Positions 50,832 to 61,699 of a stretch of 64,000 bases of DNA are shown piece by piece. Each line of letters starts with the position of its first letter. Position 1 is the stretch's first letter. The stretch covers positions 47,999-111,998 of the forward strand of contig JAHQWK010000023.1 of assembly GCA_029856145.1 (NCBI GenBank), read 5' to 3'. The stretch comes from Promethearchaeia archaeon. Lineage in GTDB: Archaea; Asgardarchaeota; Lokiarchaeia; Sigyniarchaeales; SOKP01. The notes beneath the pieces are model-generated. The model did not search any database, was not told the origin of the DNA, and saw nothing but the letters and a program-made list of their open reading frames with translations. A program made the position numbers and the translations under genes.

Positions 50832-52775
50832 TTGGTAAATACAAACATAATCAATTATCCTCCTAAAGAAATTTTAGAACCTCCTTCCAAAATTAGTAAG
50901 CCTAATTTTGAACTAATTATACTTTGGATGTTAAATAATAATGAATACTGTTCTGGTTCAAATTTTCTAGAAATTAAAAATTTGGAAACTGATACCGTGT
51001 TTTCTAAATCAACGTTATATAATTATTTGAAAAATCTTATTGAAGATGGTTATATCAATAAAAGTGCTTACAATAAATATCAAATTACTTCTAACGGTAG
51101 AGATCGATTTTATGAATTATCTCAAGCAAAGAATAAGAAAAGGAAATTAAACTATCCTCCAGAAGCAATACTTAGAAGGCGAAATTATAATCATTGGATT
51201 CTCTGGATGCTTTTTAATAACAATTTTTGTAAATGGGCGGATTTTCTTAATGACCCACTTAAAATAAATCAATCTTCATTATCAAAGAATATGAATTTGG
51301 TAATGGAGCAAGAGTTTGTGAGAAAAGAAGATAAAGAATATAGGATTACACGATTAGGGAAATTAGAATATTCAAATATGTTAAGATTGTATGATTTAGA
51401 CAGACAATCGATTCTAGAGGAAGAGGGCAAGCGAATTAAGGAAATTACTAAAATAACAATTAATTTCTTCAAGAAATATAAAATAAAAGATGATGATATT
51501 AAATTTCGATTCCTAAATAATATGTTAAAATTGCCATATGAAAAAGTAGAATCCTCTTTAGACTCTGAAGAAGATTTTCATAAAATTTTATTATTTCTAT
51601 CTATAAATCATCCAGATCAATCTCCTTTTTATATTTCTTCAGAGAATTTTTCTAAAAATTATAATTTAAGCCATGTTAAACTCAATTTTATTATACTCCG
51701 AAACGTTGAAGAAGATATTTTTCCAATAAAATTTTTTAAATTGGAGCAAAATAAAAATGAGATATATTATTTTCAAGAGAATGAAAAGTTAGAAAGGATG
51801 CTTAATGCTATCGTAGAGGATCATATTACTAAATTCTCATATTTAAATAATTTGTATGAAGCGACTCCTTATGAAATATCTCCATTAACAATGGAAAGAA
51901 CAGTTGGAGCTATTGTGGAGGAAATTTGTGATAATATTTTCGATAATGGGTTAAGAGAGTCTTTACGTAAATTTCTACCAGAATATATAAATTATTTAGC
52001 ATATAAAATTGAGAAAGAAAAAAAATTAGTCGATACTTATGATAAATTAGAAGGTTTAATTTGGCAACCTATCCAGGCTTATAATTTTGATTATAATTCG
52101 GAGAAAAATGAAATTTATGAAGCTATTGATGAGATTGATAAAGCTATTAAATTAGATCCTAAAAATATTGATCTATATTTCTCTAAAAGTAAGATTTTAT
52201 ATGAGAATGGGGAATATAAGCAAGTGTTAGATTTCCTAGATAAAATGGTTCTAGAATTTCCACAAGAAGAAAAAAATATAAAGGTGAAAATAGCGTACGT
52301 TCTTAAAGAAATGAAAAATGCCAAAGCAGGATTAGATATTATCAATGAACTGCTTGAGAAATACCCTGAAGACAATGACCTTCTTAATTATAAAGCTTTT
52401 TGGTTGCAATTTTTAAATAGAAAAGAAGAATCTATAGAAATTATTCAAAAACTTATAGCACGAGTTCCTGACAATGCAACATATCATGATACTTATGGTG
52501 AAATTCTAATGTTCTTTAAGGAGTATGAAAAAGCTATTGAGGAATTCTTAAAAACAATAAAAATTGGTAGAGATAATTGGTATGTTTATCAGACGAATAT
52601 AAAATTAGGGATTTGTTATAAAGAACTAGAAAATTATCAACAAGCAGTTGAGTATCTTCAGAAAGGTAAAGAATTAACAGACAAAGCTTTAAGTGATCTT
52701 GATGAAAGAGCAAAATGGATTACGATTGCGAATCTATTCCTAGCTGAGATTGAACAACTAAAAGCTGATTTTTAA
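50832..52775 (+). CDS. Tandem winged-helix plus TPR protein, paralog 1
   Basis: Two NYPP...ILWML.NN...S.L...L...G.Y.IT..G wHTH repeats; C-terminal TPRs (YHDTYGEILM...A). Confidence 0.85.
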   Translation: MVNTNIINYPPKEILEPPSKISKPNFELIILWMLNNNEYCSGSNFLEIKNLETDTVFSKSTLYNYLKNLIEDGYINKSAYNKYQITSNGRDRFYELSQAKNKKRKLNYPPEAILRRRNYNHWILWMLFNNNFCKWADFLNDPLKINQSSLSKNMNLVMEQEFVRKEDKEYRITRLGKLEYSNMLRLYDLDRQSILEEEGKRIKEITKITINFFKKYKIKDDDIKFRFLNNMLKLPYEKVESSLDSEEDFHKILLFLSINHPDQSPFYISSENFSKNYNLSHVKLNFIILRNVEEDIFPIKFFKLEQNKNEIYYFQENEKLERMLNAIVEDHITKFSYLNNLYEATPYEISPLTMERTVGAIVEEICDNIFDNGLRESLRKFLPEYINYLAYKIEKEKKLVDTYDKLEGLIWQPIQAYNFDYNSEKNEIYEAIDEIDKAIKLDPKNIDLYFSKSKILYENGEYKQVLDFLDKMVLEFPQEEKNIKVKIAYVLKEMKNAKAGLDIINELLEKYPEDNDLLNYKAFWLQFLNRKEESIEIIQKLIARVPDNATYHDTYGEILMFFKEYEKAIEEFLKTIKIGRDNWYVYQTNIKLGICYKELENYQQAVEYLQKGKELTDKALSDLDERAKWITIANLFLAEIEQLKADF

Positions 52776-52786
52776 AAAAAAAAAAA

Positions 52787-54577
52787 TTAATTATTTTTTA
52801 CTAAAATTTCTAACTCATCTATTTTGTCAGATAAGTATTTAATTCCTTTTTCCCAGAAAGAAGGATCATTTAAGTTAATACCAATTTCAGATAGCATTTC
52901 CTCAGGAGAAAGTGAACTCCCCACTGAAAGTAATTTTAAGTACCTTGGTACAAATTCCTCTTTTTGATCAAGATATAATTGATATATTGAAATCACTAGA
53001 AGGTTAGACATATTATATGCGTAGACATAGAAAGGAACATGAAGAAAATGTGGAATTACAAAACAATAGTTCGCATATTCCTCTTTTATATTGGTTATTG
53101 AATTCCCAAACATCAATTCCATTTCTTTTACAAAAGCTTCTTTATATTCTTCTGTTGTTGGTAGCTTTTTTTCAATTAAATCATGAATAACTTTTTCAAA
53201 ACTATAGAAAGCATTTTGCCTATGTGAAGTTCCAAACTTAGATTCAATAAAATTACTGAGCAATGATATTTTTTCTTCCTTTGATAGATCTGTATTCATT
53301 AAATAATCAAAAGTTAAGATTTCATTGAACACAGAAGCTATTTCTGCGGCAACGAGGGAGATATCTATATTTATAAAATTTTGAGTGCTTTGAATATAAA
53401 AAGCATGGAACGCATGGCCAAGTTCATGAGCTAATGCACGTACCGAATCAACTGTATCTGTGAAGTTAACAAAGACAAATGGATAATGCTTCTGTTTTCC
53501 ATGTGCACAAAAGGCACCTCTATTTTTTCCTTTTCTTGGTGTAACATCTATATGGTTTAATTCAACCATTTTTTCTACAATATTTTTAAATTCAGGATGA
53601 AATTTTACAACTGAATCTTTAATTAATTGTAATGCTTCTTGGTAGGAATACTTTCTTGTTATTTGGCCGATTGGGGCATACATGTCCGACATATGTAATT
53701 CTGAAAGGTTCAAGAGTTTTCTCTTTAAATTATAATATTTTTCAACAATATGGTAACTCTCCGTTGTAACTTTTCCAAGTATTTCAACACTTTCATCACT
53801 AACTTCATTTTCTAAGTTCCTTCTAGATATAGATTTTACGAAATTCTTTCTTTTGCTTTCTAAATCCCAATTCTTTAAAATATTATTGTAAATATGCGTA
53901 AAAATCATTTCATTCTTTTTGTATTCTCTCATCATTGTTTGTAAAGCCTTGTATCGAAGATCCTTATCTTCTTGATACATATAAGAGAAAAGTTCTGCTT
54001 CTGTTAATTTCTTCAGTTCTCCATCTACTTCAAAATCAAATAGGAAACTGCTTTTCAATTCACTATAAAGCTTTATGAATCCAGTAACACCCGAAATGTC
54101 TTTCATTAAAATAATTTGTTCTTCTTTTTCAGAGAGTTGATGTGGCTTTTTCAATCTATTAAATTTAAGAGCATGTGTGTAATTTTTTAAATCTGGAGAT
54201 TCTATAAATTCTTCAAATTTGGCATCTGAAATCTTATTCAGTTCTAAATCAAAAAACAACAATTTTTCTTGAATTTTAACTTTAAACTCATCTATTTTAG
54301 CAAAGAAAGATTTAACATCATCATCTAAACTATTAACTCTGTATAGTAATGTAGAATAAGTATCGAAGTAAAAAACTTTCTCTATAATTGCTTCATACTT
54401 TTCATACAATTCTAGAAGTTGTTTTGGAGTAAGTGAAGGATCCTCTAACTTACCCTTGACGTTTTGATAAAAATTTTCAACTGATTTTTCTAATTCTTGG
54501 ATATCTTTCTCAATTAATGGATCAAAGATATCTATATAGAAATCACTTAAATCCCATTTGATGATTTCTTGTGTCAT
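52787..54577 (-). CDS. pepF: Oligoendopeptidase F (M3B)
   Basis: WDLSDFY, KGKNRGAFC, LAHELGHAFH, AEIASVFNE, PHFLHVPFYVYAY. Confidence 0.92.
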   Translation of the reverse strand: MTQEIIKWDLSDFYIDIFDPLIEKDIQELEKSVENFYQNVKGKLEDPSLTPKQLLELYEKYEAIIEKVFYFDTYSTLLYRVNSLDDDVKSFFAKIDEFKVKIQEKLLFFDLELNKISDAKFEEFIESPDLKNYTHALKFNRLKKPHQLSEKEEQIILMKDISGVTGFIKLYSELKSSFLFDFEVDGELKKLTEAELFSYMYQEDKDLRYKALQTMMREYKKNEMIFTHIYNNILKNWDLESKRKNFVKSISRRNLENEVSDESVEILGKVTTESYHIVEKYYNLKRKLLNLSELHMSDMYAPIGQITRKYSYQEALQLIKDSVVKFHPEFKNIVEKMVELNHIDVTPRKGKNRGAFCAHGKQKHYPFVFVNFTDTVDSVRALAHELGHAFHAFYIQSTQNFINIDISLVAAEIASVFNEILTFDYLMNTDLSKEEKISLLSNFIESKFGTSHRQNAFYSFEKVIHDLIEKKLPTTEEYKEAFVKEMELMFGNSITNIKEEYANYCFVIPHFLHVPFYVYAYNMSNLLVISIYQLYLDQKEEFVPRYLKLLSVGSSLSPEEMLSEIGINLNDPSFWEKGIKYLSDKIDELEILVKNN

Positions 54578-55004
54578 AAAAGAGAAAGTAAGTAAATATT
54601 ATTTGAATTTTTCTATGAATTCTTAAATTTGCAGAGATAATTATAGAAGTTATTGGTAAACAAATGATTCCTAAGTTAAATTGGAGACGGAAATAAGAAA
54701 AATTAAATGAATAAATTAATAAAAAATTAGTTTAAGAAAAAAAAGAATAAAAAAAATATTTATTTATTAAGTAGAACATAAGTATTCCAATAACCAGTTG
54801 CGAGTAAGGGCTTTTTTTGATTTTTTCTCATTTTTTTAACCTCTTTTTTTAGGTTTTTTTTATTAATTTTAATATAGATAAGCTTCGATATATAGTTTTT
54901 ATTATGAAACTTTTTGTGAAGTTCGAACTTAAAGAAAACAATTTAAATAGTAAAAAAACCTATCTATCAATAATTAAAGAATTTAAATAGGGAATTCATA
55001 AGTT

Positions 55005-56906
55005 ATGAGTGTAATTAATTATCCTCCTGAGGAGATATATAAAACTCCTAAATTTGGGAAAAAAAATTTTGAACATATTATACTCTGGATGTTATATAAT
55101 AATGAAGAATGTCAGTGGTCAGATTTTACTGAAAAACCACTCGAGCTTCGTTTATCTACCTTATCAAAATATCTTTCTCTGTTAAAAGGAAGAGGATATG
55201 TTGATAATTATTCCCGAGGGCATTATAGAATAACTTCAGAAGGTCAAAAGAGATTTAATGAAGTCTCTAGTATTCTTACGAAGAAGAGGAAATTGAATTA
55301 CCCCCCGGATGTTATTAAAAGAAGAAGAAACTATGATCATTGGATTCTATGGATGGTGTATAATAATAGTTATTTAAAATGGTCTAATTTTCTTGAAGAA
55401 CCACTCTCTATTAATCAATCCTCCTTATCCAAAAATATGAATTTGTTAATAGATAAAGGATTTGCATTGAAAGAAAATAAAAGGTATCGAATTACGCAAT
55501 CAGGGAAGTTAGAATACTCGAGAATGTTACAAAACTACGATTTAGATAGACAATCAATTCTAGATGAAGAAAGTAAACGGATTGAAGAGATTACTAAAAA
55601 AACGATAAGTTTCTTTGATAATTACAACATTAACGATGAAGACATTCAATTTAGATTCCTCAATAAAGAATTAAGATTAGATTATACAAGGGTTAAATCT
55701 ATGTTAACAGAAGAGGAGGATTTTGATAAGATACTACTTTTTCTCTCGATTAATCACCCCGATCAATATCCTGATTATATTTCAAAGGAAGATTTTTCAA
55801 ACACTTATGGAATAAATGAGTCAAAGCTTGAATATTATATTGATGAAATCATTGAGAATCAAATATACCCAATTAAATTTTTCAACTTAATAGTGCCACC
55901 AGATAAGCATTATTACTTTCAGGAACACGAGAGATTAGAGATAATGCTTCGAGCCATCACAGAAGACCATATCACAAAATTTACTTATTTAAATAAGTTA
56001 TTTTCAAGATCATTGGATATACGCGCTACTATAAATGACGTTATAACAGATATTTGCAAAATTCTATTTAATAAAAAATTAAAAGAACCATTAAGAGAAT
56101 TTTTGCCAGAATATATTAATTATCTAGCCTATAAAATTGAAGCAAAAGTTGAATTAAAAGAAACATATGATAAATTGGAGGGAATTATTTGGCAAGATAT
56201 GATAGATATATTTCATTCTAAAAGCACTGAACCTATAGAAGAACAATATGAAGAAAAAATCAGAGAGATTGATAAAGAAATTGAGAATGATCCAGAAAAT
56301 CTTGATTTATATAATTCTAAGATAAGAATTTTGATTTATTATGAAAAGCTCAATGATGTAATAAACCTATTAGATGAAATGTTAGAAATATTTCCTGACA
56401 ATGAAATGGATATTAAAATGAAAACGGCGTCAGTTCTTAGAAGGATGCGAGAAGTTAAGGCAGGTTTAGATATAATTAATGATCTAATCAACAAATATCC
56501 TAAAAATACTGATCTTCTTAATTATAAGGCTTATTGGTTGCATTATTTGGATAAAAGAGAAGAAGCAATAAACATTATTCAAGATCTCACAAACCAAGTA
56601 CCTGATAATGGAACTTATCATGATACATACGGAGAAATTTTAATGTATTATGAAGAGTATGAAGAAGCGATTAAGAAATTCCAAAAAGCAATAGAAGTAG
56701 CTACTGATGAGTGGTATATTAATCAAACATATATTAAACTAGGAATTTGTTATAAGGAACTTGAAAATTTCGACTTAGCGGTTGAAAATCTTAAAAAAGG
56801 TAAAAACTTGACAAAGAAAAGTACATCTGACGCTGAAACTAAGAAAAAATGGTTCACAATTGCAGATCTTTTTCTTGCAGAGATTATGCAGATTGAAGAA
56901 GAATAA
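55005..56906 (+). CDS. Tandem winged-helix plus TPR protein, paralog 2
   Basis: Collinear homolog of 50832..52775 (INQSSLSKNMNL, YDLDRQSIL, FLPEYINYLAYKIE, YHDTYGEILM). Confidence 0.85.
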   Translation: MSVINYPPEEIYKTPKFGKKNFEHIILWMLYNNEECQWSDFTEKPLELRLSTLSKYLSLLKGRGYVDNYSRGHYRITSEGQKRFNEVSSILTKKRKLNYPPDVIKRRRNYDHWILWMVYNNSYLKWSNFLEEPLSINQSSLSKNMNLLIDKGFALKENKRYRITQSGKLEYSRMLQNYDLDRQSILDEESKRIEEITKKTISFFDNYNINDEDIQFRFLNKELRLDYTRVKSMLTEEEDFDKILLFLSINHPDQYPDYISKEDFSNTYGINESKLEYYIDEIIENQIYPIKFFNLIVPPDKHYYFQEHERLEIMLRAITEDHITKFTYLNKLFSRSLDIRATINDVITDICKILFNKKLKEPLREFLPEYINYLAYKIEAKVELKETYDKLEGIIWQDMIDIFHSKSTEPIEEQYEEKIREIDKEIENDPENLDLYNSKIRILIYYEKLNDVINLLDEMLEIFPDNEMDIKMKTASVLRRMREVKAGLDIINDLINKYPKNTDLLNYKAYWLHYLDKREEAINIIQDLTNQVPDNGTYHDTYGEILMYYEEYEEAIKKFQKAIEVATDEWYINQTYIKLGICYKELENFDLAVENLKKGKNLTKKSTSDAETKKKWFTIADLFLAEIMQIEEE

Positions 56907-56908
56907 AA

Positions 56909-57466
56909 TTAAGTTATACTTGAAGATAATTTTTTATTCTTATAATATAATTTTTCAATAAGTGCGTTAAATGCTTCTATTACTCCCCGTCCTGTTTTCG
57001 CAGAAGTTATATAGTATCCAAGGAAATTATATTCTTTGACTAATTTTTGAATTTCAAGTTCATTTAAATTATTTTCATTCACCAAATCAACTTTATTGGC
57101 AAACAAAACTACAGGAATATCGCCACAATACTTTTTTAATTCATTATCCCAATTTTTTATATGTAATAAGCTGTCTTTTCCTAAATTATTTGCTTCAAGG
57201 CTATATACAATAATGCCCGCTCTACTCTCTTTATAAAATAAAGGGTGTAGAAAATTAAAATCATCTTGACCTGCTATATCCCAAAATATTAAATTAATTA
57301 CATCGCCATTAATTTCTTTATCATATCTTGAAAATTGGGCACCTATAGTCTTAATATAATCTCTTTCAAAAGTTCCTTTTGTAAATTTTTTTATTAGAGA
57401 TGTTTTACCGACTCCTCCATCACCTATGACAGTTATTTTAAATCCAAATTCCTTAGAATCAGTCAT
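56909..57466 (-). CDS. Rab-like small GTPase, close paralog of 49520..50092
   Basis: GDGGVGKT, DYIKTIGAQFS, FWDIAGQDDFNFL, NKVDL, TSAKTG. Confidence 0.95.
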   Translation of the reverse strand: MTDSKEFGFKITVIGDGGVGKTSLIKKFTKGTFERDYIKTIGAQFSRYDKEINGDVINLIFWDIAGQDDFNFLHPLFYKESRAGIIVYSLEANNLGKDSLLHIKNWDNELKKYCGDIPVVLFANKVDLVNENNLNELEIQKLVKEYNFLGYYITSAKTGRGVIEAFNALIEKLYYKNKKLSSSIT

Positions 57467-57583
57467 TAATAGAATTGGTATTTCGTAAATTTTACTATAC
57501 TTTTAAGTAAAATTAGATATTGTGTAATATAAAATTTTAGCAAAAAAAATTGATGTATTAATAAAGGTTTTTTATTTTTAAAG

Positions 57584-59548
57584 CTATATATCACTCAATA
57601 CTATACTTTTAGAGATAAAAATTTCTGTTATTAATGATTCAAGTACAGGAATATCATTTAACTTGATAGATTGATTTATTTGAAAAGATTTAAGTATCTT
57701 TTGCCAAATATCCTCTTTTCTTTGGATTTGTTCTATAAAACAGTCAAGTTTTTGAAGTGCAGAATAAGAATTACCTTTAAATATATAAGAAATAAAGAAA
57801 GGTGGACTCGATTTCATAAGTAAAGTATACTCGCCAAAGATTGCGCGATCTAATCCTTCCGAAAACAATTCCCTAATAAAATAATCAATAGAGGTTAGAA
57901 AACCTCCAAAAAGATGTGACTCAAATGATTTATCCTCTATAAACGAGTGAGAGAATAAAGCTCTACCTCCCTCCGATACGATTAAAAGTAGAATAGGTTC
58001 CTCATCTGATTGCTCCTGAATTTCAATCGATTGTCTTTTTACCATTTTTTGCATTTGCTCATTTAATCCAGCGAGCTTCCAACGTTCGGTTAAAGGCGCT
58101 CCTGATTCTTTTAACTTCTCCCATAAGTTTAATTGTTTTAGTAATTCATCATGTTCAAAGGAAATTTTCATTGCTAAGCGTTTCATACTATAGGATTCTG
58201 CTATCTTTTGTGCTTGGGTCAAAAACAGTCGAGCCGATTTTATATCAAAATTTAATAAAGCTAATTTAGCCTGAAGTATGAAGGTTTCACAAAAAACAAA
58301 ATACGAATGTTGTTTCTCCGCGATAGTTAATAATTTGGCGATGTAATAATTTAATTCGGTAAGGATTTCACTATCATTATCTATACGATATTCCGTGAGA
58401 AGTATGTCACAAAGATGGATATGAGCTTTTATAATAACATCAAAAAATATAGTTTCAGTTTCTATAAGTTCTTTGAATAATTCTTCTGCTTCTGCTTTAT
58501 CTCGGATTCGAGAACTTGTTTTTAAAATTAGGGCTTTAGCGAATTTGTAACCAAATTCAATTCTTTCATTTTTTTTCTGTTTATATATATTTTCCAAGCG
58601 GTGAAAGTATTTTTGAGCACGTTCGGTATCTTCATGTTCAACGGCTAAGGTTATTAAACTTTCAATAATCCCTTCAATAGATAAAAAACCTTGAGGAATC
58701 TGCTCTAAAAGATTTATACTCTCCTCTAAATGTTCCACAGCAAGTTCATATTCACCCATTTCACCATATAAATTCCCCATATTATTTAATAGAATTGCAA
58801 TATTAAAACTACTCTTTATCTTTTTAAATAATTCTAAACCCTTTATGTTATATTTCAAGCTCTTATCCATTTCGCCAATAGATATATAATATACTCCAAA
58901 ATAGATATAACACGTAGCAATCCAGTGGTGATTAAATTGAATTTCCTTTGCAAGAGATAATGCTTTTTTGATGTGCTCCCTACAAAGATCAGACTTACTT
59001 TTTACTCGCAATAAATAACTCGCCATTATAAGATTAGCCCAGACGATTTCGAATGATTTTTCGAATTTTTCTTGTGAATCTAAGATCCAATCTAAAGACT
59101 TCTCAACCAAATCTACTTTACCACCATGCAATCCAACAAAGGCTTTTGCTACACTTAGACGAACTTTTCTTTGAGGTATAATTTCTTTAGATACGTTCGA
59201 AATATGCTTTAATGCTGACTCAGCTTTTTCAAAAAGTTTGAATGCTTCCTCAAATTTACCCGCTATAGCTAATCCAGTGATAATAAACCATAACCCATCA
59301 AAAGATTGGAGCTTATTATTATGTTTTTGACCTTCTTCATATATTTCCTCACCTAAATTAATGAGTTCTTCACCTTGATTAAGATAAAAGAGAATTAATC
59401 CCTTAAGAAACTGAAAATAGCTTTTTTGCTGAAGATTAAGCCCCTCATATTGACTTTGATCGTTTAATATTTCAAGAGCTTCATCAAACTTAACCTCATC
59501 GAAAAGTTGCTCTGCTTTTTTTAATTGATTTAACTCTGGATGGGACAT
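57584..59548 (-). CDS. TPR protein with a C-terminal longin-like domain, paralog 1
   Basis: TPRs (LLNNMGNLYGEMGEYELAVEHLEES); C-terminal LLLIVSEGGRALFSHSF...LFGGFLTSIDYF...GLDRAIFGEYTL pattern typical of longin folds. Confidence 0.8.
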   Translation of the reverse strand: MSHPELNQLKKAEQLFDEVKFDEALEILNDQSQYEGLNLQQKSYFQFLKGLILFYLNQGEELINLGEEIYEEGQKHNNKLQSFDGLWFIITGLAIAGKFEEAFKLFEKAESALKHISNVSKEIIPQRKVRLSVAKAFVGLHGGKVDLVEKSLDWILDSQEKFEKSFEIVWANLIMASYLLRVKSKSDLCREHIKKALSLAKEIQFNHHWIATCYIYFGVYYISIGEMDKSLKYNIKGLELFKKIKSSFNIAILLNNMGNLYGEMGEYELAVEHLEESINLLEQIPQGFLSIEGIIESLITLAVEHEDTERAQKYFHRLENIYKQKKNERIEFGYKFAKALILKTSSRIRDKAEAEELFKELIETETIFFDVIIKAHIHLCDILLTEYRIDNDSEILTELNYYIAKLLTIAEKQHSYFVFCETFILQAKLALLNFDIKSARLFLTQAQKIAESYSMKRLAMKISFEHDELLKQLNLWEKLKESGAPLTERWKLAGLNEQMQKMVKRQSIEIQEQSDEEPILLLIVSEGGRALFSHSFIEDKSFESHLFGGFLTSIDYFIRELFSEGLDRAIFGEYTLLMKSSPPFFISYIFKGNSYSALQKLDCFIEQIQRKEDIWQKILKSFQINQSIKLNDIPVLESLITEIFISKSIVLSDI

Positions 59549-59623
59549 ATTTTAAATCGATTTGGATTAAAACCTTATGAATATAGTAAGTTAATTATTG
59601 TTTTAAATTTAAGGTAGAATGAT

Positions 59624-61567
59624 TTATCTCTTCATGAAAATCTCTTTTATGAGAGATTCTAAGTAGGGAATATCATCTATGTGAATTTTCTGGTTCATTT
59701 GATAAAATTTTTTAAAAGTGTCCCACAGTTCTTCTTTTTTTTCTAATTCATTAATAAAAGATTTTATTTTAATCTGAGCTGAATAAGATTGCCCCTTATA
59801 TATGTAACACATTAAAAATGGTGAAATAGAATTCATGAGGAGTGTGTAATTTCCGAAGGAAGCACGATCTAGCCCTTCAGAGAACATTTCATTAATAAAA
59901 GAATTGATTGTTGTGAAGAATCCCCCAAAAAGATGCTCTTCAAAATATTTTTCCTCTACAAATGATTGAGAGAAAAAAGGCATTCCACCCTCTGAAACAA
60001 TTAAAAGTAAAACAGGTTCCTCATCTGAAAGCTCTGGTATCTCAATAGCTCGTCTTCTCACCATTTTCTCCATTTGATCACTGAGCCCAGTGAACTTCCA
60101 ACGTTCAGATAAAGATGCTCCTGATTCTTTTAAGTTCTCCCATAAGTCTAATTGTTTAAGTAATTCATCATGTTCAAAGGATATTTTCATTGCTAAGCGT
60201 TTCATGCTATAGGACTCTGCTATCTTCTGTGCTTGAGTCAAAAACAGTCGAGCCGATTTTATATCAAAATTTAATAAAGCTAATTTAGCTTGAAGTATAA
60301 AGGTTTCACAAAAAACAAGATACGAATGTTGTTTCTCCGCAATAGTTAATAAGTTAGCAATGTAACGATTTAATTCAGCCAAAATCTCACTATCATTATC
60401 AATACGATATTCCATGAGAAGTATGTCACAAAGATGGATATGAGCTTTTATAATAATATCAAAAGCTATAGTATCAGTTTCTATAAGTTCCTTGAATAAT
60501 TCTTCTGCTTTTGCTTTATCTCTGATTCGAGAACTTGTTTTTAGAATTAGGGCTTTAATAAATTTGTAACCAAATTCCTTTCTTTCATTTTTTTTTTGTT
60601 TATATATATTTTCCAAGCGTTGAAAGTATTTTTGAGTACGTTCGTTATCTACATGTTCAACGGCTAAGGTTATTAAACTTTCAATAGCGCCTTCAATAGA
60701 AAAAAAACCTTGAGGAATCTGCTCTAAAAGATTTATACTCTCCTCTAAATGTTCCACAGCACGTTCATATTCACCCATTTCACCATATAAATCCCCAATA
60801 TTATTTAATAGAATTGCAATATTAAAAATACTCTTTATCTTTTTAAACAATTCTAAACCCTTTATGTTATATTTCAAGCTTTTATCCATTTCGCCAATAG
60901 ATAAATAATATCCTCCAAAATAGAGTTGACACAGAGCAATCCAGTAGTGATTAAATTTAATTTCCTTTGCAAGAGATAATGCTTTTTTGATGTGCTCCCT
61001 ACAAAGATCAAAATTAGATTTTACTCGAAGTAAATAACTCGCCATTATAAGATTAGCCCAGACGATTTCGAATGATTTATCGAATTTTTCTTGCGAATCT
61101 AAGATCCACTCTAAAGACTTCTCAACCAAATCTACTTTACCACCATGCAATCCAACAAAGGCTTTTACTACACTTAGACGATATTTTCTTTGAGTTAAAA
61201 TGTCTTTAGATACGTTTGAAATATGCTTTAATATTGACTCAGCTTTTTCAAAAAGTTTGAAGACTTCCTCAAATTTACCAGCTATAGCTAATCCAGTAAT
61301 AATAAAAAATAATCCATCAAAAGATTGGAGATTATCATTATATTTTTGACCTTCTTTATAAATTGTCTCGCCTAAACTAATGAGATCTTCCCCTTTATTA
61401 AGATATAAGAGAATTAATCCCTTAAGAAACTGAAAATAACTTTTTTGCTGAAGATTAAGCCCCTTATATTGACTTGGATCGTTTAATATTTCAAGAGCAT
61501 CATTTAACTTACCCTCATCAAATAACTCCTCCGCTCTTGTTAATTTCTTTTGTTCTGGTTGGTACAT
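59624..61567 (-). CDS. TPR protein with a C-terminal longin-like domain, paralog 2
   Basis: Tandem duplicate of 57584..59548 with long identical nucleotide stretches. Confidence 0.8.
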   Translation of the reverse strand: MYQPEQKKLTRAEELFDEGKLNDALEILNDPSQYKGLNLQQKSYFQFLKGLILLYLNKGEDLISLGETIYKEGQKYNDNLQSFDGLFFIITGLAIAGKFEEVFKLFEKAESILKHISNVSKDILTQRKYRLSVVKAFVGLHGGKVDLVEKSLEWILDSQEKFDKSFEIVWANLIMASYLLRVKSNFDLCREHIKKALSLAKEIKFNHYWIALCQLYFGGYYLSIGEMDKSLKYNIKGLELFKKIKSIFNIAILLNNIGDLYGEMGEYERAVEHLEESINLLEQIPQGFFSIEGAIESLITLAVEHVDNERTQKYFQRLENIYKQKKNERKEFGYKFIKALILKTSSRIRDKAKAEELFKELIETDTIAFDIIIKAHIHLCDILLMEYRIDNDSEILAELNRYIANLLTIAEKQHSYLVFCETFILQAKLALLNFDIKSARLFLTQAQKIAESYSMKRLAMKISFEHDELLKQLDLWENLKESGASLSERWKFTGLSDQMEKMVRRRAIEIPELSDEEPVLLLIVSEGGMPFFSQSFVEEKYFEEHLFGGFFTTINSFINEMFSEGLDRASFGNYTLLMNSISPFLMCYIYKGQSYSAQIKIKSFINELEKKEELWDTFKKFYQMNQKIHIDDIPYLESLIKEIFMKR

Positions 61568-61699
61568 GAAACCATCTGATTTGGACTCTAAGCTTATGAA
61601 AAAAGTAAGCTAATCATCATTTTAAATATAGTGTTTATTTCCATAAAAAGACATTTTCATTGAAATAATTATTAAGGTTTATATAGAAAAAAAAAGAAG

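Noticed and set aside
54690-54870. Long A-rich/T-rich inverted repeat between pepF and the wHTH-TPR gene
   Set aside because: Pairing relies on low-complexity homopolymer runs.
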